Shown: piece after piece, positions 1 to 12,296 of the stretch
Layout: each line of letters starts with the position of its first letter
Numbering within the stretch: position 1 is the first letter of the stretch
Assembly: GCA_002811645.1 (NCBI GenBank)
Contig: PDIP01000077.1
Location: 159,976-223,975, forward strand
Direction: 5' to 3'
From: Corallochytrium limacisporum Hawaii
Taxonomy: Eukaryota > Protista > Pluriformea
Length of the DNA stretch: 64,000 nucleotides
The notes under the pieces: model-generated
Told to the model about the DNA's origin: nothing
What the model saw: the letters and a program-made list of their open reading frames with translations, nothing else
The model's database searches: none
Made by a program: the position numbers and the translations under genes

Positions 1-910
1 AATTCAGTTCACATCGATGTTTATGTTTGCGTACCTGAAGAATTGCGATCTGTCACGGCTAGGTGCAGATAGACGGGGACGACCCCACATGCTGGTATTG
101 GTGGAAGTGAAGAACGAGGTTGTGCAGTGGTTGGTGGTGGTGGTGGTGATGGTAATGGGCGCAATATACGTGTATTAGATGCTGCCTTACCCGGTTTTCA
201 AGACATACAAACAGTATCGAGGTTTTGGATGAGTAATTGAAAATTTTCCTAGCACCATATAATTTGTTCCTTGCTTTTCCTACAATCCCCTCTCATCTCC
301 TTTCCAAATCTATGCGACTCTTGCGGAATGTCCGTTCAACGCCGATGCGCAGGTCCTTGCGTTAATCTTGAAACAGCCACTCACCGTGCAGCCATACTCA
401 ATATACCACAAGATGTGGGCCTCTGGTTCAGAAAAGCCACTCTTCAGCCCAACCCCTAAACACCCCCCCCTTCCCCTTTCGAGTTACATCGGTCCATCCA
501 TCCAAGGCTCTTTTTATAGTACTTTCACCATACCGCAGTGCAGGCGTGCCAAGATACCATGGAAGAATTGCGCTACGACCGGCCCTGTCGGCTCGTGGCA
601 GTGACATGGCCAAGGTGTTGGCCCCTGTCCCCAAGACCTCCCTACATTTACTATTGACCGCTGAAATCCTGGCCTTAATGATCGGTGGGCGTTGATTGGT
701 GGGGCCAACGGAGCGAATGGGTCGGGTGCCTGGTAGGGTCGCCCCATTCGCCGAGCGCCGCATTTCCTTTCTTTCTAATTGTTCTTTCAGTCTTTTCTGT
801 TCCTGCGTTTTTCCTTCCGCCTTTCCTTTGTTTCCTTGGTCTGTTTCTCCTTTAGCAGCCCTTCAAAATTCTCGCTCATTCTTGACAGCTGGTTCATCAA
901 CAGTGTTGTT

Positions 911-990
911 CTGTTGGGTGGTGGAAACAAATCTTATCCAGGCCTCACGGAGGGACACACTTTCTGTACTGCCAGTGGCCCAGTACTCAC
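911..990 (-). other. Candidate spliceosomal intron in a leftward transcript
   Basis: TGG|GTGAGT donor at 990, pyrimidine-rich TTTGTTTCCACCACCCAACAG acceptor ending at 911; 80 nt. Confidence 0.35.
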
Positions 991-1399
991 CCACCGCCCT
1001 GGAACTTGCACAGCTCGGCTCTCCGTCTCTCTTTCAGCTCGACGCATTTCCTTTTTCTCACTCAGACCTTTCCTTTTGGTCACTTTCGTCTGTCTGCTGC
1101 ATCTCTTTTTCCTTGGTGTTGTTGGTACCAGTGGTAATTGCTTTTTGGACAATCGTTCCCGACCCTTCACACGGACCATCATAGTGGTGCAATTATTCAT
1201 GCCATACCATCGGAGCGCGCAACCCCCGCGCGGTCCCAGAGACATTGTCATCATTCCTGCTGCGCTCAATCCCATCGGCTTCCGTATAGTGAAAGTACCC
1301 GTAATGAGAGGAAGGGGCAGGAGCCCGAGGGGACCAACACGCTCTATTCATAAGAGACGAGATCTTCAACAGGAAACGCTCGGGAATTCTGTGTTAAAC

Positions 1400-3550
1400 C
1401 GGGCTCCTTCCAACACTACCCTACCCTACCCCTTTCCCGTCCCTCCTCGGCAGTTCCTACGGTTCGATTTCGTCTGTGGTTGCCCATTTGTGCGGGTTCG
1501 TTTCCCTTTTCTCACACAAAAAAAACACAAAAGACAACATACGAACGCAGTCTGTGTGTCTGTCTCCTCGGGGTGAACTGGCCCTCCCCCTCCCCTCCTT
1601 CCCTTCCCTCTCCGTGACTTTTTGCTTTCTCCTGTGACGTTCCGGTCCCCAGCCCCCACCCCCATCCGCGAGTCCCCAATTCCAGACTCCTACCCTCTTT
1701 CCTTGTGTGTGTGTGGGGGGGGGGGGTATGTGCACTGGTTTAGATTTTATTGAGCGGTATTTCACTACGGACACGAGGCTCAATCGGCGATCAGGGGGAG
1801 ACGTAATGAGGAAAGTGCTGAATGCCTGAGGGGGGCCGAAGAACGTCGGCGGAAGGGTGGACCCCGCCTCCCTGATCGGCAGCATGATGCGCCAGCGGAA
1901 TAAATTCGGCTCCCCCTGCCCCATATAAATCAAAGGGTAGACTCATTAGGTTTTTTTCGGGTCTAATGATTTTTTTCTTTGGTGTTTCCTTCGGGATTGC
2001 TATTTTTCTTGGTTTCACAGGGCAAGGCATTTGTTGGTGGCAGAGTTCTTCCGACGCCCCTCTGACTCAGTGCTTGCCCTCCACATGTGTCGCACGGTCT
2101 GTTCTACGTAATACATTTGGTATGTAATATTGATTAATATGTGAACAATTGAGGTATACGATCAAAGGCTGCGCAACCTTTGCGCGGAGTTTGAAACGGC
2201 GGTCTTTCCCCGGTTATTCGGTCGCCACCGTTGCGTTTTTCGTCGTTCTCGGCACACCACGGAGGCCGGGGTTTCCCTTTTTTTTTCTTTTCTTTTTCCT
2301 TCTTCCGCTGGTGCAGTGGGTCCTCTTTGAAGGAACACGAAGCCCCGTACCAACCAAGGGAAAAACGCAGACGACGGGGGTGGCCATTTTCCCGAGCGGC
2401 GGAAAATTGTTCAACGCTTGCTCTCAGCAGACCCTGTGGTGAGGGGGACGAGGAAAGCTCTCCTCCCCCCCCCTCCTCCCTTCCTTCTTCCCTTCCCTTT
2501 CCCGGGCTCCGGGCGGAGAGTAAAACGGGACTGTTCCACTGATGAGAAACTTAGACGGAGAGATCGAGTAGTCTGGGACGGAAGAAGCGGGGGAGGGAAG
2601 GAGGGGGAGGGGATGGACACAAAGAAGAGAATCCTCAGAAATTGATGAAAACCCTTCCCGCACCAGACAACGACGGGAAAAATGACCTTCGATGCGGCAC
2701 AATTTATAAGGTGGCCGCAACATCGGAGAAAAAACCGGCGCGGCCGGTCTTGGGTAGAGAGAACGGACCATCAGCAGCAGGCATGCTTAGGGTACTGCCC
2801 TCACCCGGAGCACGCCCACCACACCAGCATCCCCCCAAGACTTTGGATGGGTAAGAGATGCTGTCTTTGGGAAGTGTGTGTGTGTGAGTGTGAGTGTGAG
2901 TGTGTGTGGAGAGAGTGTGTGTGCGTGTATGTGCGGTGCGTGTGTGTTCCGGAGCCGCAACGTTTAGAACGCTAATTGATGAGAATTTCCAACACACACC
3001 AAAAAAAAACCAACCGAGAAGGGAACGGAAGACTTTTCGGCTCTGGCCTAGGCCCCGAACTGTCCTTTTTGTTCGCCCTTTTCGCCGTGTTTCAAACTTG
3101 TCTCCCCAACCCCCGCCCTCGCCGATTTTTGTCTGGCTATCTTTCTCTTTTTCCTGTGCGTCGGGGGCAGTTCCGGTCTACCTACCCCCCTTTCCCCCCC
3201 CCTTCCTCCCTCCCCTCCTCAACCTTCCCCCCGACACACACACACACACTCTTCCTCCTTCGCTTCTTCCTTTCCACACTTTCGTACTGTCTCCCAGTTT
3301 TCTCTCCTTTCTTTTTCCTCCCGGTCGGGTCCGCTTTGTCCGAGTGCTCCCTTCCGCTGGTGGCTGTGAATTTTTGCTTAAAACAATTTTCTCTTGGTTT
3401 TTCTTTCCCTGGGGTTTTTTTCTCGGGAGAGCTAGAAAGATAGAAATCCTTGAAGAGTTTTTTTTCCCTGGGCGGTGAGGCAGGAGCGGTGGGGACCGCT
3501 CGGCGAAGGGGTGAGGGGGGAGTAGTCTGTCTTTACGGCCAAGCTTTGGA
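1400..3550. promoter_or_regulatory. Low-complexity promoter-like island upstream of the Rho gene
   Basis: Dense G/C/T/A homopolymer runs, (GT)n/(CA)n and pyrimidine tracts; same texture as the other 5' islands. Confidence 0.4.
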
Positions 3551-3753
3551 AAGGGGAAACTGGTCGGTGTGCCACTTTGTGATGATTGATGATGATATGA
3601 GCTGACACCCCAGGGCCCGTAGATAAATTGAACCACAGGGAGAAGGGATAAAGAGTTTCTCGTTGCAGACATTCTTGGAGTTTTGGAAGGCTGTTGAATG
3701 TGTTGAATTCGGGTTGTGTCGGGGCAGGATCCATTGGAGACTAATGGAAGCAG

Positions 3754-3860
3754 GTATGTCACAACAGCTATTTCCGGATGTGGGGAGTCAGAAATACAAA
3801 GTACTGTAAACGATTGTTAACAAGGAGCGTGTAGAGCTTGACAGGATAAATTTTTTACAG
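3754..3860 (+). other. Candidate 5'-UTR intron of the Rho gene
   Basis: CAG|GTATGT donor, TTGAC branch-like motif near 3838, TTTTTTACAG acceptor; 107 nt, ending about 200 nt before the ATG. Confidence 0.55.
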
Positions 3861-4057
3861 GGACACTTCGTAAGGTGACATCCTGTGAATAGGAAGTGTA
3901 AACCAGCAGTAGTGGTTCACAAGAACGTATGGAAGTGTTATAGGGTTAGACTTGCCAACAAATATCGCGTAGACGGGACAAACATCCCTTGGATTCTTAT
4001 TCCGTGGACAGTCAGGAACATACTTCAACACAGGTATTGCAACCCGCAACAGCAGGC

Positions 4058-4708
4058 ATGAAGCGGGCAATGCCCAACCCCGAGGCTGCTCTCACCGACG
4101 GTGATCAGTCAGCATACAAATGTTACGTACTCGGCGATGGTGCTGTGGGAAAAACGAGCGCATTATTAAGCTACGTACAGCGGAGGTTCCCCACAGCCTA
4201 TGTGCCCACAGTTTTGGATAATTACTCAACAGACGTCCTCATTGACGGGGACATACAACGGTTTTTGATCTGCGACACAGCGGGGCAGGATGAATACAGT
4301 GCATTCCGGGACTGTGTGCTGCCAGCAATTACGCCCGCAAGTCGCAATACAGTGTGTCTGATCTTTTTCAATGTGATGTACCCCACATCATTCCATAATA
4401 TTCAGTACAAATGGGTGCCATACGTACGGGAAATGCTGGCGAACGGAGCCTTTGTGATTGTGGGAACTCAGATTGACCGAAGGCTTAGTGAGGAACATTT
4501 GGCAAAGCTGCGGAGAGAAACTGGTGAAGAGCCTATTTATCCGGAACAGGGAAGAGCCTTGGCTAAGAAAGTGGGAGCGCTCGCCTACATGGAGTGCTCC
4601 GCGCTCACCCGGGATGGTTTGAAGGACGTGTTTGATACGGCCATTGCCACTTGCATTGACTTGCCTAAGGTCAAGAAGAAATCGGTACTGCAGAAGCGCT
4701 TCGCTTAG
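4058..4708 (+). CDS. Rho-family small GTPase, Cdc42/Rac-like, divergent, no CAAX box
   Basis: G1 GDGAVGKT, switch I YVPTVLDNY, G3 DTAGQ, G4 TQID (Cdc42-type), G5 ECSALT, Rho insert helix. First ATG at 4058 (track start 3989 is TTG); alternative ATG at 4070. Ends KVKKKSVLQKRFA*. Confidence 0.93.
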   Translation: MKRAMPNPEAALTDGDQSAYKCYVLGDGAVGKTSALLSYVQRRFPTAYVPTVLDNYSTDVLIDGDIQRFLICDTAGQDEYSAFRDCVLPAITPASRNTVCLIFFNVMYPTSFHNIQYKWVPYVREMLANGAFVIVGTQIDRRLSEEHLAKLRRETGEEPIYPEQGRALAKKVGALAYMECSALTRDGLKDVFDTAIATCIDLPKVKKKSVLQKRFA

Positions 4709-4964
4709 GCGTGTATATGCAGAGTTTACTTTATGTATCAAAACACACAACGACTGTTTCAACGCGCAAAATGTGTGTGAGTCAGGATCGTGTCCATCAG
4801 CTTGATGGATCAAAGGGCGCTGGCGTCTAAGAAAAGGGTTCTGAGTCACCTTCACACAAAACAAAATAAAGGTTGATCCAACGCCTTGAGGCATCTAATC
4901 AATTGTTTTGACGCATTTCCAGTGTCCGTACAATGTCTATTTATGTTACTAGTCCGCGTGGTTT

Positions 4965-5684
4965 TCAAGCAATGGTGATTTGAGCAGGCTTCCACTCGGT
5001 TTGGCCGTCAGCGGTCAGGATCTGCACCAGCGATCCGTTGGCCTCCCGGCTTGTGGGCTCGGTAATGCGCTTCAGCAGACCGGAAGCGACTTCCTCAAGA
5101 GAAGTCCACTTGGAGTGGTCGGCATCGGGCATGAACTTCAGATTCATCGGGGTGGACAAGGTAGTGGGCAGAATGGCAATAGTAGTGGCGCCCTTGGGCA
5201 TGCCGCTGTCATCCTGGGCAAGACCCTGGACCAATTGGTGTACGGCAGCCTTGGCCAGGCCATATCCCAGCATAAAGGAGGTGCCCTTTAGCGCCGGGAC
5301 GGCACCCGTAAGGACCAGTAGGCCATTCTCCTCCAGAAACTGAGAGCTAACGCGAGCAGAGATGATGGAAGTCCACACGGACTGCTTAATCATTAGGTCC
5401 GTGTTTTTCACCAGTTCATCGGAGGCGGCGTTGCCACCAGCCCAGCCACCAGCAACGCATACCACAGCAGAAAGCTTCTTGTCGCCCAGAGCTTCTTTCA
5501 GCCCGCTGAGGACAGCCTGCTCCTGTTCCTCAAAACTTTGCTCAAATTTTAGCACAATATTTCCTACAGCTTCCTCATTGGGCTTAAAGTCAATAGAGAT
5601 CACGTTGAGGCCAGAGGCCTTGAAGGCACTAACGCATTGGCCACCCAGGGCACCTTTGCCACCGTAAACGACAACGTAGCTCAT
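4965..5684 (-). CDS. QDPR: Dihydropteridine reductase (quinoid DHPR, SDR family)
   Basis: VVVYGGKGALG Rossmann motif, DHPR-typical CVAGGWAGG, KQSVWTS, YGLAKAAVHQL (YxxxK), TPMN..MPDAD.S.WT; 239 aa. Confidence 0.95.
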   Translation of the reverse strand: MSYVVVYGGKGALGGQCVSAFKASGLNVISIDFKPNEEAVGNIVLKFEQSFEEQEQAVLSGLKEALGDKKLSAVVCVAGGWAGGNAASDELVKNTDLMIKQSVWTSIISARVSSQFLEENGLLVLTGAVPALKGTSFMLGYGLAKAAVHQLVQGLAQDDSGMPKGATTIAILPTTLSTPMNLKFMPDADHSKWTSLEEVASGLLKRITEPTSREANGSLVQILTADGQTEWKPAQITIA

Positions 5685-6079
5685 ATCTAGATTGGAGACT
5701 GTGACTGATTCTGTCTCAAGATTTACTGATATAGGTCTTCGAAATTTACTATCATGTTTATGTCAGCTTTGAAATAGGCTCAAACACCAGCAGCATTCCT
5801 CTATTACTAGACCTCCTGGAATCCTCCCTGGTTGCTTTCCCTTCGTGTTCTGCACTGCGTAGGGAGCACAGCTCCTTCCCACGGGCTATTGTCATCTACT
5901 ACCAACGCAACTTCAGATGGACTCCCCTCAGCCAAACACATACATAAACTACATGAGGAATCAATTTCAATAGTGAAATCAAATACCAATGAGATGGCAT
6001 TTTGCATATTTATACCAAATCAAATCAATTATTTTATTGACCTCCACACCCTTTTGTTGACTTTATAGTCGCCTCTCTC

Positions 6080-6300
6080 GATTTCCCTACTGATTTTTGC
6101 CACTGAAAGACTCGCACCGGCAAAAAGACGGATGGGAGTGAGTGTGAGTATAGTGCGTGCGGGGCGGCGGGGTGAATGCGGCGGGAGAGCGGATGGGAAT
6201 GGAGGGGGAGGGGGAGGGGGGGGAGGAACCGGATGACCCGCGTGTTGCAGGGCTCCCCGCTCTCCATACGCAGACACACCCCCGTTCAGCTTTGGACAAG
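6080..6300. promoter_or_regulatory. Putative bidirectional promoter QDPR/Prp43 with G-quadruplex-capable tract
   Basis: Lies between divergent ATGs 813 bp apart; G3/G5/G5/G8 runs at 6195-6223. Confidence 0.5.
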
Positions 6301-6485
6301 TTTTCAGTAGCCGTACACAACAACTGTGAAGTGCATTGAGGTCACAACGGTGCTTATTGACGACCATAACGCACGATGTAAGCATTAAGAAGGTACTTCC
6401 TTCTTCTGATGCAGAACAAAGGCGCACTCACAATTGGATACAGGCAAACAGTTCGCATCAGGCGGGACAACATAAAGAAAGATAG

Positions 6486-8615
<2,130 letters not shown>

Positions 8616-8697
8616 AGAGCCATTGAGAGTGACATGTAATATCGTACTATAGTAAAATTCTTTATCAAAGCTGAAGCACTAATCTCTTTCCTTCATG

Positions 8698-9261
8698 TCA
8701 TTTCTGACCACTGAGCTTTCCTATGTAGTTGACCTGCTCTCGCTCGAGAATGAGATCATCAATTTTCTTCTGGTATGTACGGGATGTGGCTGAAATTTGC
8801 TCCTTGTGTCGTTTCCGTTCACTCTCTAACACTTCAACGGTTACCTTTAGCTGATCCTCCAGGCGATCCGCAGAGTCCTCTACGTGCCGCAGTTGCGTGA
8901 TCTTCTGCTCTAATGTCACGATCTGTCCACGCAACAAATCACGCTCACGTTTCCATGTCTGTTCCTGTTTTGAAAAGTCAGAATTGAGATCATTGGTGGT
9001 CTTCTCATACATATGTGCATTTAGCTTGACCTGCTTCTGCAAATGTCCGTTCTCCGTTTCGAGAATCATGACCCGCTCCTCTAGAGTCATAACCGCTCGG
9101 TTTGAGTCATGCATGGCTTTCACGAGATCCTCTTTCTCATGTTCAAGCTGCTGGCAACGGCAAGTCCTGATAAAATTCATCAGTTTCTCGCCCATGTCCC
9201 GGTTCGCTGCCTCGTGCATTTCAATGATGGCACTTTTCTGTCGGCACGATACGCACGGCAT
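8698..9261 (-). CDS. Hypothetical coiled-coil protein (187 aa) with N-terminal CxxC...CxC
   Basis: ATG in an aacaATG context, E/K/Q/L-rich heptad pattern, fills the space between Prp43 and the next promoter island; no family recognised. Confidence 0.7.
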   Translation of the reverse strand: MPCVSCRQKSAIIEMHEAANRDMGEKLMNFIRTCRCQQLEHEKEDLVKAMHDSNRAVMTLEERVMILETENGHLQKQVKLNAHMYEKTTNDLNSDFSKQEQTWKRERDLLRGQIVTLEQKITQLRHVEDSADRLEDQLKVTVEVLESERKRHKEQISATSRTYQKKIDDLILEREQVNYIGKLSGQK

Positions 9262-9439
9262 TGTTTCTCTGCTTTCTACTGCGAGTCGCAGGCCATCAGA
9301 ATAAACCTATCACATTTTGTGGGACCGATTGTATTGTCCCGATGGCCGATGATACCGTTGGTTCACCCTGGCTGTGTTGCGTGCCACCGCGATATGTTTC
9401 CTTGTGAATATCAGATAGCTCCTCCAAACTCCGAACGTT

Positions 9440-9955
9440 TCCCGCCGAAAAAAGAAAAAAGAAAAAAGAAAGGTTACCCCTCACCGCTCCGCCACCCTCC
9501 CGGGAAAAAGGGGGCCCCCTTCTCTACGCACACAATTTCTACGCCCACCCGGCGAAGGGCAGTACATTTTCGACCGGTCCGGCATTTGGGTGCGCACCAT
9601 CGGTCCCTCGCGGGTTGAGCCCCGGGAAGGGGGGGAGGATGGGNNNNNNNNNNNNNNNNNNNNNNNNNNNNNNNNNNNNNNNNNNNNNNNNNNNNNNNNN
9701 NNNNNNNNNNNNNNNNNNNNNNNNNNNNNNNNNNNNNNNNNNNNNNNNNNNNNNNNNNNNNNNNNNNNNNNNNNNNNNNNNNNNNNNNNNNNNNNNNNNN
9801 NNNNNNNNNNNNNNNNNNNNNNNNNNNNNNNNNNNNGGGGGGGGTGGGTCTCACCGTCCCCTGCCCTCCTCGCTGTGGGGCGCCCCCTTCCTCGCCGTAA
9901 GGGCGGGGGGAGTTCGGGGTGTGAGGACCACGAAAACAACGAATTGGGACCCCGG
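9440..9955. promoter_or_regulatory. Putative bidirectional promoter, coiled-coil gene/ITFG2
   Basis: G/C-run island between divergent starts; contains an N gap flanked by G runs. Confidence 0.45.
9644..9836. other. Assembly gap
   Basis: N run. Confidence 1.
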
Positions 9956-10060
9956 TGAGCGGCGCTCAGCATAACCTTGACTTGATGGGACGACGTGGAA
10001 TGAGACAGCTATATTAGGCTACAGTTGTGGAAGAATTAGAACTGACTACTGTGGTGCAAG
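9955..10060 (+). other. Candidate 5'-UTR intron of ITFG2
   Basis: CG|GTGAGC donor at the island edge, ACTGAC branch motif at 10041, first downstream AG at 10059-10060 (TAG at 10072 is an alternative). Confidence 0.4.
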
Positions 10061-10188
10061 ATGAGTAATTTAGTCATGTGTACCCAAACAAACGTGAGCT
10101 GCTTTTTCTATTCATCGTCATGACATGGCCAGGTTCCATCATATAGGGTGAAAGCGCGTTTGGACTGAATGTCAGTAACTCAATAACC

Positions 10189-12240
10189 ATGCGTACCCTA
10201 TCATTCGTGCATAAAATCATAGTGCCCTTTCCGGGAAAGATTATTCCAAACGCCATTACATTTGGAGACGTTGACAACGACGGCAGGGGCGAATTGGTCA
10301 TCGGCAATGTGGAGGGATTGTTGTACATCATTAAGGGTCGGTCGACCAAGCCATGGTTGATTTTTGATTCCATGGGTAGTATCACCGTGGTCCGGTTTAT
10401 GAAGATATCGCGGACTGGGCCAAACTATCTCTGTGTGATCACTGCTGAGGGAAGTCTCTTTATCTGTAATAGCAACAGACTTCGAGAAGGTCTTGAAGTT
10501 GCACAGAAGCAGTCCCCGGACGATGCGGTTAAGACAATATTTGGTGAACCACACCCAGTAAATATAAACATTCGTTCGGCGGTGTGTGCTGATTTCGACG
10601 GTGACGGGCGGAATGAGCTGGCGGTCGGCCGGACCGACCGCAAGGTTCACTTCTATCGTCTGATCATTAACGAAGCTGGCGATGTGGTGAAAATTCAAGA
10701 ATATGCGCGCCAGAATTTCTTTCAGCAGATTGATGGTATGTCTGCGAATCTAAACTCAGCCGATGGTTCCATGGAACTCCTTGTCGCACAGTCAGCAGGT
10801 AGCTACGCAAGGGTGGACAGTCAGAACCAAGTGCACTACGTGAAGGCTTCAGTGGGTGTTGGGCAGGATCACGGTGTCGTCGCCTCGGGCATTATTGGTG
10901 GTGTAGACTTTGTGGGCCGGGGCATATCACGAGACTCTTTTGACCAGGAACTACATGGCATGATCCCCGGAATGGTCAAGGGCCGCACATCCTCGATTCG
11001 ATCACCCCGGAAGGGAAGAGGCAGGCGTCACTCGTCTCGCAATTCGGCTCCCGGAACCCCATCCCGACTGGAGATGCCGGACATCACTGAGCGGAGCGAA
11101 AGGGACACGGACGAGATACGAGATGGTGTAGTATCGCCGACTTCCAAGGATGACGAGATGGGGGCACGGGACAAGCACACAGACGACGCATTGAAGACAT
11201 CCGGCAGCGCTGATCTCACTCCTGCGGCTCCAACCCGGCAAAGTCGAACGCACGAAGACCGCCTGCGAAATCTGATCGCTACTGCCACATCTGATGGATC
11301 CATTCGCCTGATCAAGGATGGCGAAGACATCTGGGAACTGCAGGTCGATCACCAGCTCTTTGGCATGCAAAAGTTTGATTTCTTAGGCGATGACCGGGAC
11401 GAAATTGTGGCGGTCAGCTGGGATGGTATGACCTACATAATTGACCATGATAAGGAAGGCATTCGTTTTAAGTTTCCGCAAAATATCGCTGCATTCGCCG
11501 CGGGACATTATGCCATGTCTGACAATGTTACTGAATCGGCCACTTCGACGGGCAATGGACCTGCAGAAGATGGTGCTCATCACCCAAAGACGGACTCTCA
11601 GGCATTAGCCTGCAATGAACCTTGCCTCGCGTATCTGACCTTCTCGGACGAGATTCACATCTACTACCAGCTGGAAATCACCCACCTCAAGTCTGTGGAT
11701 CTTTTCAAGGTTATGCACCGTGAAGTGGAGGAATACCAAGAAGAGATTGCGACCTCTAAGCTACAACAGGGAGATGCCAAGGCGGAGAAGAACGAGCTCG
11801 CTCATTTCTTTGCCATGTGTCTTGACAACACAATTGAGGTTCAGTACCTCGAACATAAAACAGCCTTGATGCGCGTGCAGTTGGCAGAGATGCGCAAGCG
11901 CATCGCGCGCGAGCAGGATCCAAACCACCGACAGCGCACACGACCTTCTTTAGCGCTGCGGCACAGCGCTCTCCGCCCGACCTCAGCTTCGGCGACCGGG
12001 GTCTCGGAATCGCCATCGCTGGTGCCGGCTCGATCGGACTACTCAGGAGACGAGACCATCGACCCGGAGTACCTGCCAGATCTGAGCGTATCACAGCTCA
12101 CCGTCGGTGATGTGGCGGCCATGCAGTTGCCCCCGGCTAGAACGCGGAGTGGCAGTCTTACGTCTGCCCCTGATGACTTGCTAGCCGATGGGCAATCCCT
12201 GGACGGACTGACTCCGGACAACATGAGAGGCTCATTATAA
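10189..12240 (+). CDS. ITFG2: KICSTOR subunit ITFG2 (FG-GAP beta-propeller)
   Basis: N-terminus MRTLSFV...PNAITFGDVDNDGRGELVIGN matches the ITFG2 start; DFDGDGRNELAVGRTDRKV, WELQVDHQLF, DEIVAVSWDGMTYIIDH, RFKFPQNIAAFAAGHY match ITFG2 blocks. Confidence 0.9.
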   Translation: MRTLSFVHKIIVPFPGKIIPNAITFGDVDNDGRGELVIGNVEGLLYIIKGRSTKPWLIFDSMGSITVVRFMKISRTGPNYLCVITAEGSLFICNSNRLREGLEVAQKQSPDDAVKTIFGEPHPVNINIRSAVCADFDGDGRNELAVGRTDRKVHFYRLIINEAGDVVKIQEYARQNFFQQIDGMSANLNSADGSMELLVAQSAGSYARVDSQNQVHYVKASVGVGQDHGVVASGIIGGVDFVGRGISRDSFDQELHGMIPGMVKGRTSSIRSPRKGRGRRHSSRNSAPGTPSRLEMPDITERSERDTDEIRDGVVSPTSKDDEMGARDKHTDDALKTSGSADLTPAAPTRQSRTHEDRLRNLIATATSDGSIRLIKDGEDIWELQVDHQLFGMQKFDFLGDDRDEIVAVSWDGMTYIIDHDKEGIRFKFPQNIAAFAAGHYAMSDNVTESATSTGNGPAEDGAHHPKTDSQALACNEPCLAYLTFSDEIHIYYQLEITHLKSVDLFKVMHREVEEYQEEIATSKLQQGDAKAEKNELAHFFAMCLDNTIEVQYLEHKTALMRVQLAEMRKRIAREQDPNHRQRTRPSLALRHSALRPTSASATGVSESPSLVPARSDYSGDETIDPEYLPDLSVSQLTVGDVAAMQLPPARTRSGSLTSAPDDLLADGQSLDGLTPDNMRGSL

Positions 12241-12296
12241 AAGGACTGTGTTCTCAGACACGGGTTCTAATCTGTGCTTATAATCCTTTAGAATAT

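Noticed and set aside
779-3762. ORFs of 100-265 aa in the left island
   Set aside because: F/L/P/S- or K/R/G-rich translations of low-complexity DNA.
4706-4780. Stop read-through giving the Rho protein a CAAX box
   Set aside because: The extension ends ...RAKCV*, which is not CAAX, and TAG-G is not a leaky context.
10189-12240. Integrin alpha
   Set aside because: No signal peptide, TM helix or GFFKR; motifs match ITFG2.
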